Positions 55,180 through 64,000 of a stretch of DNA of 64,000 nt are shown piece after piece. Within the stretch, counting starts at the first letter, position 1. Every line of letters starts with the position of its first letter. The notes under the pieces were generated by a model, which worked only from the letters and a program-made list of their open reading frames with translations, was not told the DNA's origin and made no database searches. Origin of the DNA: an uncultured Rubrivivax sp. (GTDB lineage Bacteria > Pseudomonadota > Gammaproteobacteria > Burkholderiales > Burkholderiaceae_C); assembly GCA_964454485.1 (NCBI GenBank), contig CAYVXO010000002.1:2218-66217 (forward strand), in the 5' to 3' direction. The translations under genes were made by a program, and so were the position numbers.

Positions 55180-57381
55180 ATGTCCCGTCCCCAACCGCAT
55201 GGCCTGGCCATGGCCGTCGCCCTTGCATTTCCTTCCGTCGTTCCCTTGCTCGCCATCGCGGCGGAGCCCGCCGCCGTGCTGGCCCAGGCCAGCCCCGGCA
55301 CCACGCCGTCCGACACGGCACCGAAGGCGCAGACGCCCCAGTCGGTGACGATCACCGGCCGCCCGAGCGCGACGCAGCAAGGTGCGCTGCGCGACGAGAT
55401 CGTCAAGACCGAATCGATCAACGCCCAGGAGATCGCCAAGACCGGCGCCACCAACCTGACCGAACTGATGTCGCACCGCCCCGGCATCGACGTGCAGGTC
55501 GAGTGCTCGGTCTGCAACGTGCGCAACATCACGCTGAACAACCTGCCGGGCCGCTTCACGACGCTGCTGCTCGACGGCGTGCCGATCTTCTCGTCGGTCT
55601 CCAATGCCTATGGCCTGGACATGGTCGGCCTGAACGGCCTGGAGCGGGTCGACATCTCGCGCGGCGCGGGCACCAGCCTGATCGCGCCGGAGTCGCTGGC
55701 CGGCACGGTCAACCTGGTCACCAAGCGCCCTGCGAGCGACGAGGGGGAACTGGACCTGAGCGGCGGCAACTTCGGCTTCCGTCGCGGTGCCGCGTATGGC
55801 GCCAAGACCTTCGACGGCGGCGCGCTCACCTTCACCGGCACGCTGCAGAAGCAGGACAGCGTCGACGGCGTCGGCACCGGCATCTCGCAGTACACCGGCT
55901 ACGACCGCAAGCTGCTCGGGCTCGGGCTGTTCCTGGACGACGTGGGCGGCTTCAGGATCAAGTCGCGCTTCGACCACATCGACGAGAAGCGCATGGGCGG
56001 CCCGCTGGGCAGCGACTACGACGCCGTGCGCGCCAGCACCAGCGGCAACCCCTTCGACTTCAGCAAGGGACCGCACGCCTCCCCCGACCCCAACAGCTGG
56101 GTCAATCCGTCGGACGGCAGCCTCGTGGACCCGTACAACGACGGGCGGTTCGGCCTGGCGCAGATCATCTTCACCAAGCGCGACCAGTTCGCGGGCACGG
56201 CCGAACGCTCCTTCGGCGACACCAAGCTGCGCTTCGCGCTCGGTTATGCCGAGCACAAGCAGGACTCCTGGTACGGCGGCGATGCCGACTACTTCGGCAA
56301 GCAGAAGCAGTACTACCTGGAGAGCAGCGTGCAGGCGCCGGTCGGGCCGGCGCGCATCACCGCCGGGCTGAACTTCCGCTACGAGGACCTGCACAGCCGC
56401 TCGATCAGCGAGGACCCGTCGTCGCCGACCTTCGGCGTCGAGCGCTTCGATGCCGACGCCTACGTCTACCGCACGCCGGGCGTCTTCCTGCAGGCCTACC
56501 AGACCTTCTTCGACGAGAAGCTGGAAGCCAACGCGAGCCTGCGCTACGACCGCAACAACGTCTACGGCGGCATCACCACGCCCAGGTTGAACCTGCTGTG
56601 GCACCACACCGACAACATCTCCAGCCGGTTCGCCGTCGGCCAGGGATTCCGGCTGCCGACCTCGTTCTTCGAGCTCGAGCACGCCATCCTCGGGGCGCCC
56701 GCGGTCGACCGTTCGCAGGCCAAGGCGGAGAAGTCCGACAACCTGTCCTACGCCTTCAACTACGCCGACGACCGGGTGGCCGTGACGGCTTCGATCAACC
56801 ACACGCGCATCAAGAACCTGGCGCTGTTCGTCGACGACACCGCGAACTCGGGCAACTTCCTGCTCCAGCCCGCGCCCAGTGCCTACACCATCAACAACGT
56901 GGACCTGGTGGGCACCTGGCAGGTGACCGCGCGCGACGCCTTCACGGCCGGCTACGAGCGCTACCAGTACCGCTTCAACGCCACCGACTTCCAGGGCAGC
57001 CTGTTCGCGCGGCCGGACTACCGGGTGACGCTGGCGCTCGACCACGACGCCGGGCCGTGGGACCTGAACGCCCGGGCCACGTACACCGGCCCGCAGAACC
57101 TGGCCAAGTTCTACGACTACGTGGACAGCCCGCGCTACAACCTGGACGGCTCGCCCAAGCCCGACAGGAGCCCGGGCTTCTGGGTCGTAGACCTGCGGGC
57201 CTCGTACCAGTGGAACAAGACGGTCCAGACCTACATCGGGATCAACAACGCCTTCGACTACCAGCAGGCGAAGAAGGACAGCTTCCTCTGGCTCGATGGC
57301 GACGGTGCGCTGGACGTCACGCACATCTGGGGACCCAACATCGGCCGCACGCTGGTGGCCGGGCTCAAGCTGAGCTTCTGA
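55180..57381 (+). CDS. TonB-dependent receptor with CxxC in the plug
   Basis: SVTITG TonB box, ECSVC, LLDGVP, ERVDISRG, C-terminal Phe. Confidence 0.93.
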   Translation: MSRPQPHGLAMAVALAFPSVVPLLAIAAEPAAVLAQASPGTTPSDTAPKAQTPQSVTITGRPSATQQGALRDEIVKTESINAQEIAKTGATNLTELMSHRPGIDVQVECSVCNVRNITLNNLPGRFTTLLLDGVPIFSSVSNAYGLDMVGLNGLERVDISRGAGTSLIAPESLAGTVNLVTKRPASDEGELDLSGGNFGFRRGAAYGAKTFDGGALTFTGTLQKQDSVDGVGTGISQYTGYDRKLLGLGLFLDDVGGFRIKSRFDHIDEKRMGGPLGSDYDAVRASTSGNPFDFSKGPHASPDPNSWVNPSDGSLVDPYNDGRFGLAQIIFTKRDQFAGTAERSFGDTKLRFALGYAEHKQDSWYGGDADYFGKQKQYYLESSVQAPVGPARITAGLNFRYEDLHSRSISEDPSSPTFGVERFDADAYVYRTPGVFLQAYQTFFDEKLEANASLRYDRNNVYGGITTPRLNLLWHHTDNISSRFAVGQGFRLPTSFFELEHAILGAPAVDRSQAKAEKSDNLSYAFNYADDRVAVTASINHTRIKNLALFVDDTANSGNFLLQPAPSAYTINNVDLVGTWQVTARDAFTAGYERYQYRFNATDFQGSLFARPDYRVTLALDHDAGPWDLNARATYTGPQNLAKFYDYVDSPRYNLDGSPKPDRSPGFWVVDLRASYQWNKTVQTYIGINNAFDYQQAKKDSFLWLDGDGALDVTHIWGPNIGRTLVAGLKLSF

Positions 57382-57887
57382 TGAAGGCGCAGCGCGTGCG
57401 AGCGGCCCGCATGCTGTGGGCAGTGGTCGCGGCGGCGTCCTGCGGTCTGCCGGTCGCGGCAGCGCCGGCGATGGGCCTCGAACTACCGATGCTGGACGGC
57501 ACCACCTTCGTCACGCTGGACGACTACGCCGGCCGGCCCGTGCTGCTGAACTTCTGGGGCAGCGAATGCCCACCGTGCCTGGCCGAGCTGCCGCTGCTGT
57601 TCGCGCAGGCGGCGCGGCACCCGCAGGTGCAGTTCCTCGGCATCGCGGTGGACCAGCGGGCGGCCGCGGCGCGCTTTCTGGCGCGCCTGCAGCCCAGCTA
57701 TCCGCAGCTCGTCGCTTCGACCCGGCCCGAAGTGCTGCTGCGCCGCTTCGGCAACAAGGCCGGCGCGCTGCCGTACACGGTGGTGCTCGATGGCCGGCAC
57801 GAGGTCTGTGCCTCGCGCCTCGGCGAGGTCGACGCAGCCTGGATCGCCGCCGCCGCCCAGACCTGCGGCACGGCACCGTCGCGCTGA
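57381..57887 (+). CDS. TlpA-family disulfide reductase
   Basis: TGATG overlap; LLNFWGSECPPC, ALPYT. Confidence 0.88.
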   Translation: MKAQRVRAARMLWAVVAAASCGLPVAAAPAMGLELPMLDGTTFVTLDDYAGRPVLLNFWGSECPPCLAELPLLFAQAARHPQVQFLGIAVDQRAAAARFLARLQPSYPQLVASTRPEVLLRRFGNKAGALPYTVVLDGRHEVCASRLGEVDAAWIAAAAQTCGTAPSR

Positions 57888-57930
57888 ACCCCCCAGGCCC
57901 CGAACGCCTGCATCACAAGGAACGCCCCCC

Positions 57931-58455
57931 ATGAAGTCTTCGATCAGGACCGTCCTCTTCGCCCTCGGCCTGGCGCCCCTGCTGGCCTGCGCGGCCGGCA
58001 AGGCCCACGTGCACGGCGTCGCCAGGCTCGACATCGCGGTGGAGGCGAAGAAGATCACGCTGCAACTGGAGTCGCCGCTGGACAACCTGCTCGGCTACGA
58101 GCGCGCGCCGCGCACCGACGCCGAGCGCAAGCAGGCCGATGCCCTGGTGGCCAGGCTGAAGGCGGCCGGAACGATGTTCCGGATCGACCCCGCCGCGCAA
58201 TGCACGCTTGCCCATGTCGAGCTGGCGTCGTCGGCACTGAAGCTCGGGCAGCCGGATCCTTCGGAGGAAGGCCACGCCGACATCGACGGCTCGTTCGAGT
58301 TCGACTGCACCGATGCCACGCGAGCGGCCTTCGTCGAGGTCGGCCTGTTCGAGTTCGCGCGCCTGCAGCGCATCGAGGTCCAGGTGGCCGCCCCGCAGGG
58401 CCAGTTCAAGCGCGACCTGCAGCGACCGGCCCAGCGCATCTCGCTCGTGAAGTGA
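57931..58455 (+). CDS. DUF2796 / ZrgA-like periplasmic protein
   Basis: AHVHG, LESPLDNLLGYE, HADI...C. Confidence 0.85.
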   Translation: MKSSIRTVLFALGLAPLLACAAGKAHVHGVARLDIAVEAKKITLQLESPLDNLLGYERAPRTDAERKQADALVARLKAAGTMFRIDPAAQCTLAHVELASSALKLGQPDPSEEGHADIDGSFEFDCTDATRAAFVEVGLFEFARLQRIEVQVAAPQGQFKRDLQRPAQRISLVK

Positions 58456-58465
58456 GGGGCGCAGC

Positions 58466-59176
58466 ATGATCGAGGTCCGCCAGCTGCGTTTTGCCTGGCC
58501 GAAGGCCGGTGCCGACTGCGTCGCGATCGACGCGCTCGATGTCGCCGTCGGCCGCACGCTGTTCCTCCACGGCCCCAGCGGTGGCGGCAAGAGCACGCTG
58601 CTCGGCCTGCTGGCCGGCGTGCTGCTGCCGCGCGAGGGCAGCGTGAGCCTGATGGGGACCTCATGGTCGTCGCTGTCGGGCGCTCGCCGCGACGCCTTCC
58701 GCGCCGACCACGTGGGCTACATCTTCCAGCAGTTCAACCTGCTGCCCTACCTGAGCGTGCTGGACAACGTGCTGCTGCCCTGCCGCTTCTCCGCGCTGCG
58801 GCGCCAACGTGCGGCGGGCGACGCCGGCGCGCCCGCCGCGGCGGCCCAGGAATTGCTGCGGCAGGTCGGCCTGCCCGATCCGCTGTGGACGCGCTCCGCG
58901 GCACAGCTGTCGGTCGGGCAGCAGCAGCGGGTGGCTGCCGCGCGCGCCCTGATCGGCCGCCCCGAGGTCGTGATCGCCGACGAACCGACCTCGGCGCTGG
59001 ACGCGGCGCTGCGCGACGGCTTCATGGACCTGCTGCTGGACAGATGCCGTGCCGCGGGCAGCACACTGGTGTTCGTGAGCCACGACGAACGATTGGCCGC
59101 CCGCTTCGACACCCGGGTGTCGCTGGCCGACGTGAACCACGCCACGCAGGCGGCTGCGCTGGAAGTCGCGTCATGA
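58466..59176 (+). CDS. ABC ATPase (LolD/MacB-like)
   Basis: GPSGGGKST, FQQFNL, LSVGQQQR. Confidence 0.9.
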   Translation: MIEVRQLRFAWPKAGADCVAIDALDVAVGRTLFLHGPSGGGKSTLLGLLAGVLLPREGSVSLMGTSWSSLSGARRDAFRADHVGYIFQQFNLLPYLSVLDNVLLPCRFSALRRQRAAGDAGAPAAAAQELLRQVGLPDPLWTRSAAQLSVGQQQRVAAARALIGRPEVVIADEPTSALDAALRDGFMDLLLDRCRAAGSTLVFVSHDERLAARFDTRVSLADVNHATQAAALEVAS

Positions 59177-60447
59177 GGGCCATCCTGGCCGTGGCGCTGC
59201 GCAGCGCCTGGAACCGCCGCGGGACGCTGTCGCTGGTGGTGATGTCGGTGGCCTTGTCCTCCCTCCTGCTGCTGAGCGTCGAACGCATCCGGACCGACGT
59301 GCGCGAGAGCTTCTCGCAGTCGGTCAGCGGCACCGACCTGATCGTCGGCGCCCGCACCGGCTCGATGCAGCTGCTGCTGTACGCCGTGTTCCGCGTCGGC
59401 GGGGCGACCAACAACGTGCGCATGGACAGCCTGCAGGAGATCGCCCGGCACCGCGCGGTGGCCTGGATGGTGCCGCTGTCGCTGGGCGATTCGCACCGCG
59501 GCTTCCCGGTGCTGGCGACGACGACCGAATACTTCCAGCGTTTCCTGTACGGCGACCGGCAGCCGCTCGTGCTGGCCCAGGGCCGGCCCTTCGCGGGCAC
59601 GCTGGACGGGCTTTACGAGGCGGTCATCGGCGCGGACGTGGCCGGTGCGCTCGGCTACCGCCTGGGGCAGCGCATCATCCTGAGCCACGGCAGCGGCGTG
59701 ATCCCGGGCGCCGAACATGCCGACAAGCCGTTCACCGTGGTCGGCATCCTGGCGCGCACGGGCACGCCGGTGGACCGCACCGTGCACATCAGCCTGGAGG
59801 CGATGGAGGCGATCCACCTCGACTGGGTGGCCGGCGTGCCGATGCCGGGCATGAAGATCGCCCCGCAGGACGCGCGCAAGTTCGACCTGCGGCCCAAGCA
59901 GGTCACGGCGGCGCTGATCGGCCTCAAGAGTCGCGCGGCGGTGTTCGCGGTGCAGCGCGCGGTGGCCGACTACGCCGGCGAGCCGCTGATGGCCGTGCTG
60001 CCCGGGGTGGCGCTGGACGAGCTGTGGGACGTGGTCGGGGTCGGCGAGCGGGCCCTGCTCGCCATGTCGGCGATGGTGGCCTTCGTCAGCCTGGCCGGCC
60101 TGATCGCGGTGGTGCTGGCGGGGCTCAACGAGCGCCGGCGCGAACTCGCCGTGCTGCGTGCCGTCGGCGCTGCGCCGCGCCACGTCATGCTGATGCTGGC
60201 GCTGGAAGGCGGCTTCGTCACGCTGGTCGGGGTGGGCATCGGCGTCGTCGCCACGGTCGGCGTGATCGCCGTCGCCGGGCCGTGGATCCAGGCGCGGTTC
60301 GGCATCGCGCTCAGCGCGTCGGCACCGACGCCCGGCCAATGGGGGCTGCTCGGCGCCGTCATGGCGGCGGGCTTCCTGGCCAGCCTGGTGCCCGGCTGGC
60401 GCGCCTACCGGCTGTCGCTGGCCGACGGGCTGTCGCCGAGGACGTGA
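59173..60447 (+). CDS. FtsX/MacB-like ABC permease
   Basis: DLIVGAR, PLSLGDSH, ERRRELAVLRAVGA. Confidence 0.9.
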   Translation: MRAILAVALRSAWNRRGTLSLVVMSVALSSLLLLSVERIRTDVRESFSQSVSGTDLIVGARTGSMQLLLYAVFRVGGATNNVRMDSLQEIARHRAVAWMVPLSLGDSHRGFPVLATTTEYFQRFLYGDRQPLVLAQGRPFAGTLDGLYEAVIGADVAGALGYRLGQRIILSHGSGVIPGAEHADKPFTVVGILARTGTPVDRTVHISLEAMEAIHLDWVAGVPMPGMKIAPQDARKFDLRPKQVTAALIGLKSRAAVFAVQRAVADYAGEPLMAVLPGVALDELWDVVGVGERALLAMSAMVAFVSLAGLIAVVLAGLNERRRELAVLRAVGAAPRHVMLMLALEGGFVTLVGVGIGVVATVGVIAVAGPWIQARFGIALSASAPTPGQWGLLGAVMAAGFLASLVPGWRAYRLSLADGLSPRT

Positions 60448-60568
60448 GGGGCGAGGCGACGGCCGGGTGCCGTTCATCCTTTGCGCCCGCGCGTCGTGCC
60501 CGACGTCTTCACTGAAGGTTCGGGGGGTCACTGGCGGAAAGACCGCGGCAGGGTCTATCGTCGGCATC

Positions 60569-61570
60569 ATGCGATCGAAGTCCAGGAGCATGGGCCCCGC
60601 GGTCAGCGCCACGTCGCCGCTGTGCGCGCGGCACGACGGCATGATGCTCGGGTACCTGCTGTTCCTCCTGCGCTTCGAGTTCGCACGCGAGCGCTTCCCC
60701 ATCTACCGGCGGCGGCTGCACCAGATCCTCGACGCGATCTCCTCGGGCGTGGCATTGCCGGAGACCCATGAGGCATTCACGCGCGACTTCTCCGCGCTCT
60801 TCGACGGCGTCCTGCACGCCTTGAGCGTGAAGGACGGGGGCGTCAACCAGCCGCTCTTCCGCCCGTTCGTGATCGGCTGCGGATTCCTGGCCGTGGCGAT
60901 GGAGATGCCGAACCAGACCGACGAACCGATGCTGCGCGCGATCCTGGCGGAGTACGAGCTCCCCTATTCGCTGCTCGAGCGCCATGCGGCCGCCGTGCCC
61001 GAGATCGGCGACGAGACCGAGATCGACACCATCATGACGCCGGCGCTGGCCTTCCTGCGCGACCTGATCCTGCCGTTGGCGGCCGAGCCGGACACCTGCT
61101 TCGTGGCGATGCCTTTCTCGCTGCCCTACGACGATCGTTATGCGGCCCTCTACCAGCCCATGATGCGGAGGGTCGGTTACCGCACGCTCCGCGCGTGGGG
61201 CGGTCTGTCCAACGAGTTCCACTTCGACCTCCTGCTGACGCTGATCGACAAGTCGGGCGCCCTGCTCGCCGAGCTCTCGGGCCTGAACCCGAACGTGGTC
61301 CTGGAGCTCGGCTACGCGTACGGGCGGGACAAGGTCGTCATCCCGATGGCCGACGTCGCGAGTCCCATCCAGCTCGCCAACCTGTACGGCCTCGCCATCG
61401 TGCCCTACGACTCCTCGAAGACGGACTGGGCGCATGAGTTCGACGAGGGCCACATGGGGTGGTACATCCTGCGCGCCATGCTGAAGGTGGCGAAGGACGG
61501 AACCGCCGAGGACGCTCGCGATCCGCCGCGCGCTCCGGCCGGGCCGAAGAAGCGCCCGGCGAAGCGCTGA
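60569..61570 (+). CDS. hypothetical protein with a C-terminal nucleoside-deoxyribosyltransferase/TIR-like domain
   Basis: CFVAMPF...ELSGLNPNVVLELGYAYG; start uncertain. Confidence 0.7.
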   Translation: MRSKSRSMGPAVSATSPLCARHDGMMLGYLLFLLRFEFARERFPIYRRRLHQILDAISSGVALPETHEAFTRDFSALFDGVLHALSVKDGGVNQPLFRPFVIGCGFLAVAMEMPNQTDEPMLRAILAEYELPYSLLERHAAAVPEIGDETEIDTIMTPALAFLRDLILPLAAEPDTCFVAMPFSLPYDDRYAALYQPMMRRVGYRTLRAWGGLSNEFHFDLLLTLIDKSGALLAELSGLNPNVVLELGYAYGRDKVVIPMADVASPIQLANLYGLAIVPYDSSKTDWAHEFDEGHMGWYILRAMLKVAKDGTAEDARDPPRAPAGPKKRPAKR

Positions 61571-61681
61571 GAAGGCCGCGCCGGACGGCGCCGCAGCTCC
61601 GACGGGTGAAGGCCAGCGGACGGCCTCGGCGACGAGGGAGTCCTCTCGATGCGGCGCCCCGCCGCCGCGCCGACAACCGCC

Positions 61682-62175
61682 ATGCCCAAGACCCTGCGGT
61701 TCTCCGACATCGTCGACAGCACGCCATGGGCGCAGCGCGTCGGCGACGCCGAGGCCGCGCGCGTCTGGGCCGAGCACGACCGCCGCGCGCGCCAGGCGCG
61801 CCTGCCACGAGGCGGCACTCGAAATCTGCACCCGGCTCGGAGACCGCCACGGCGTGGGCTACGTCCGCGGCGGCCTGGCCATCCTCAACCGGCACATGGC
61901 ACGCGTCGACGAATCGCGCCGGCACTACGAGGCGGCGCTGGCCGTGTACCGCGAGGTGGGCGACCGGCGCTCCGAAGGCATCGCGCTGGGCAACCTGGCC
62001 AACCTGCCGATCGACCAGGGGCCCATCGCCGAGGGCGAGCAGCACCTGCTGGCCGCGCTGGCCATCATGGCCGAGCTGCGCAACGTCTGCCACGAAGGCG
62101 TGATGCTCGACGACCTGGCGACTCTGGAGCTGCAGCAGGGCCGCCTGGACGACGCGCGCCGATCCCTGGACCGGC
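61682..62175 (+). pseudogene. internally deleted cyclase-like/TPR gene
   Basis: FSDIVDST...WAEHDR N-terminus joined out of frame near 61795 to TPR helices (HYEAALAVYREVGDRRSEGIALGNLA). Confidence 0.7.
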
Positions 62176-62369
62176 CCCCTCGGCTCGCAAGCCGGGCGGC
62201 CTGCCTTCCCGCGCGATACCGCGCCCGCCCGTACCAGACTTGCCGCAAGGGCGGGGCAGGCATCGAGGGCCGCGCTCGATCGACGGACCGCACGCATCGG
62301 CGTGATGCCGGTGCCGGCCAGCGCGGATCGAAGTCGACCCTGGTGGCCGGCCGCGAAGTCCCGGCGGCC

Positions 62370-63485
62370 TCAGCCCGCGTCCGGCACGATCTCCGCCGGC
62401 GGGTAGTACGCGCGTTCGCCGAGCGCGTCCACGCGGTCCCAGAACGCGGCGCTCACGGCCAGGCCGCGCGCGTCCTTCGCGGCGGTCTGGCGCCACATCG
62501 CCCACGAATCGGGGTGCAGCGCGGTGGCCCTGGCGAACGCGGCCTGCGCCTCGGCGTCCTGGCCCTCGTGCTGCAGGTGCCGGCCCAGGCGGAACCAGGC
62601 GTGGGCCTCGGCGGTGGCGTCGCTGGCCCGCGGCAGGCGCGCGGCGGCCCGGCGCGCGTCGAGCGCGTTCGCGCTCGCGCTGCCGTGGCGCCCCCAGTGG
62701 CGCACCGCGTCGAAGTAGGCGGTCTTGCGGCGCTGCCGTTCGGCGAGCACCGCTTCAGGCATCGCGCCGGTGCTGCGGTCCATCGCCCGGAAGCCGTCGC
62801 TCGAGCCCGCGGTCTCGGGCGGGCGCACGATGCGGCCGCCCTCGTCGATCCACACCGCCTGCGGCACGTTGACCAGGCCGTAGAGCGCGGCCACGTGGTG
62901 GTCGGCGTCGATCAGGCAGGGGTACGAGGGCTTTGCGGCCTCGATCCAGGGGCGCGCGGCCTCGGCCGTGTCCAGCGCGACGGCGAGCACCGTGAACGGT
63001 GCGTCCTTCAGGTCTTCTGCCAGCGACTGCCACACGGGCAAGTCCAGCCGGCAGCCTCACCAGCTGGCCCAGGTGGCGAGGAAGACGCGGCGCCCGCGCA
63101 GGTCGCTCAGACGATGTGGCCGCCCGGCGAGATCGGGCAGCTCGAAGTCGGGCGCCTGCAGCGATTCCAGCGCGGCGCTGCGCTGCGCGGCGCCGGTGCC
63201 CAGCACCCAGGTGCGGCCGGCGCCGTCGTGCACCACCGGCTGGCCGCTGCGGCGCCACATCGCGGCGACGTCCAGCTGCGGTGCCTGGCCCGGCGGTGTG
63301 CGGACGTGTTCGGCACGTGCGGCCGGCGGCAACGGCACGCAGACCTCGCCGTGACACAGGCCTTCGGGCTTCCACTGCCAGCCGGTCGCGGCCTCGAGGG
63401 CGGGTGCGTCCAGCCACAGCGACCCGGCCTCCGCGGTCGCGTCGGGGTGCGTGGTGGTGCGTTGTTCGTGGAGGATCGTGATCAT
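62370..63485 (-). CDS. probable selenoprotein: TlpA/ResA-like thiol oxidoreductase with WASW-U-GC (Sec143), 371 aa
   Basis: AGGAAAGG RBS and ATG at 63485; in-frame TGA at 63059-63057 joins APDFELPD...FLATWASW to GCRLDLPVW...NVPQAVWIDE. Confidence 0.85.
63017..63056 (-). promoter_or_regulatory. bacterial SECIS hairpin
   Basis: Just 3' of the UGA: lower stem CUGCCGGC/GCUGGCAG, upper stem GAC(U)UGCC/GGCAGUC with bulged U, loop CGUGU. Confidence 0.8.
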
Positions 63486-63645
63486 CGGCGGCCCTTTCCT
63501 GCCTGCCGGACCATTGTGCCCAGCTCCGCCGGCCCTCGGCGGCATGGGGTCGCGGCCCCGGCGCTCCGGCACACGCCACGCTACGATCCGCAGCCGCGCG
63601 CCCGCGCCGCCCAGGCGGCCCGCGAGGGCGCCGCGGGGGAGGGGC

Positions 63646-64000
63646 ATGACCCGGCAGGCTCTGTTGTTCGCCGACGTGGTCGACAGCACGCAGCTCGGCG
63701 AACGGCTGGGCGACCTGCGTGCGGCGGCGCTGTGGGCCGAGCACGACCGCCAGGCGCGTGCGCTGCTGGCGCGCCACGGCGGGCGCGAGATCGACCGCGC
63801 CGACGGCTTCTTCCTGCTCTTCGACGACGTGGCCGGCGCGGCGCGTTTCGCGCTCGGCTACCACGAGGCGCTGGCCGCGCTCGGGCTCGCGGCCCGCGTC
63901 GGCATGCACGCGGGCGAGGTGGTGCTGCGCGAGAACGCGGCCGCCGACGTTGCGCGCGGTGCCAAGCCGCTGGAAGTGGACGGCCGCGCCAAGCCGATGG
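63646..64000 (+). CDS. class III adenylate/guanylate cyclase-like domain protein (runs off window)
   Basis: GGAGGGG RBS; LLFADVVDST, GGREIDRADG, RVGMHAGEV. Confidence 0.8.
   Translation, partial: MTRQALLFADVVDSTQLGERLGDLRAAALWAEHDRQARALLARHGGREIDRADGFFLLFDDVAGAARFALGYHEALAALGLAARVGMHAGEVVLRENAAADVARGAKPLEVDGRAKPM

Noticed and set aside
63057..63059. TGA as an ordinary nonsense mutation (pseudogene)
   Set aside because: It sits exactly on the redox-Cys position, is followed by a SECIS-like hairpin, and neither half shows other decay; it remains the fallback if sel genes are absent

Overview
High-GC betaproteobacterial chromosome; gene content and order suggest Burkholderiales, Rubrivivax/Piscinibacter/Ideonella-like (inference). 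Bases 1-40975 are core genome: a fatty-acid beta-oxidation operon, an ATM1-type ABC exporter, LysR plus a glutamate/aspartate ABC operon, pyrC, htpX, a pectin-acetylesterase-family hydrolase, cysK, RNase P RNA, a Bcr/CflA MFS, an alpha carbonic anhydrase and the dcw cluster from mraZ to ftsZ, which ends in a terminator with no lpxC in the window. From about 40975 there is a mosaic accessory region themed on thiol redox and metal uptake. It holds DsrE, thioredoxin plus CcdA, an ECF sigma remnant, a TetR-controlled SDR/MFS/thioesterase unit, an IS481 remnant, a Fur-family regulator divergent from a ZnuABC-like transporter, DUF3299/DUF2796/ABC genes, a TonB receptor with a CxxC plug, and two DUF2946-type CxxC...RGPP leader ORFs. 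The strongest hidden signal is a minus-strand gene (62370-63485) that the ORF track splits in two. It is one TlpA/ResA-like thiol oxidoreductase read through an in-frame UGA (WASW-U-GC) followed by an fdhF-like SECIS hairpin, i.e. a probable selenoprotein, and it is flanked by a decayed and an apparently intact class III cyclase-like gene. All product calls are from motif recognition by eye; no searches were run.
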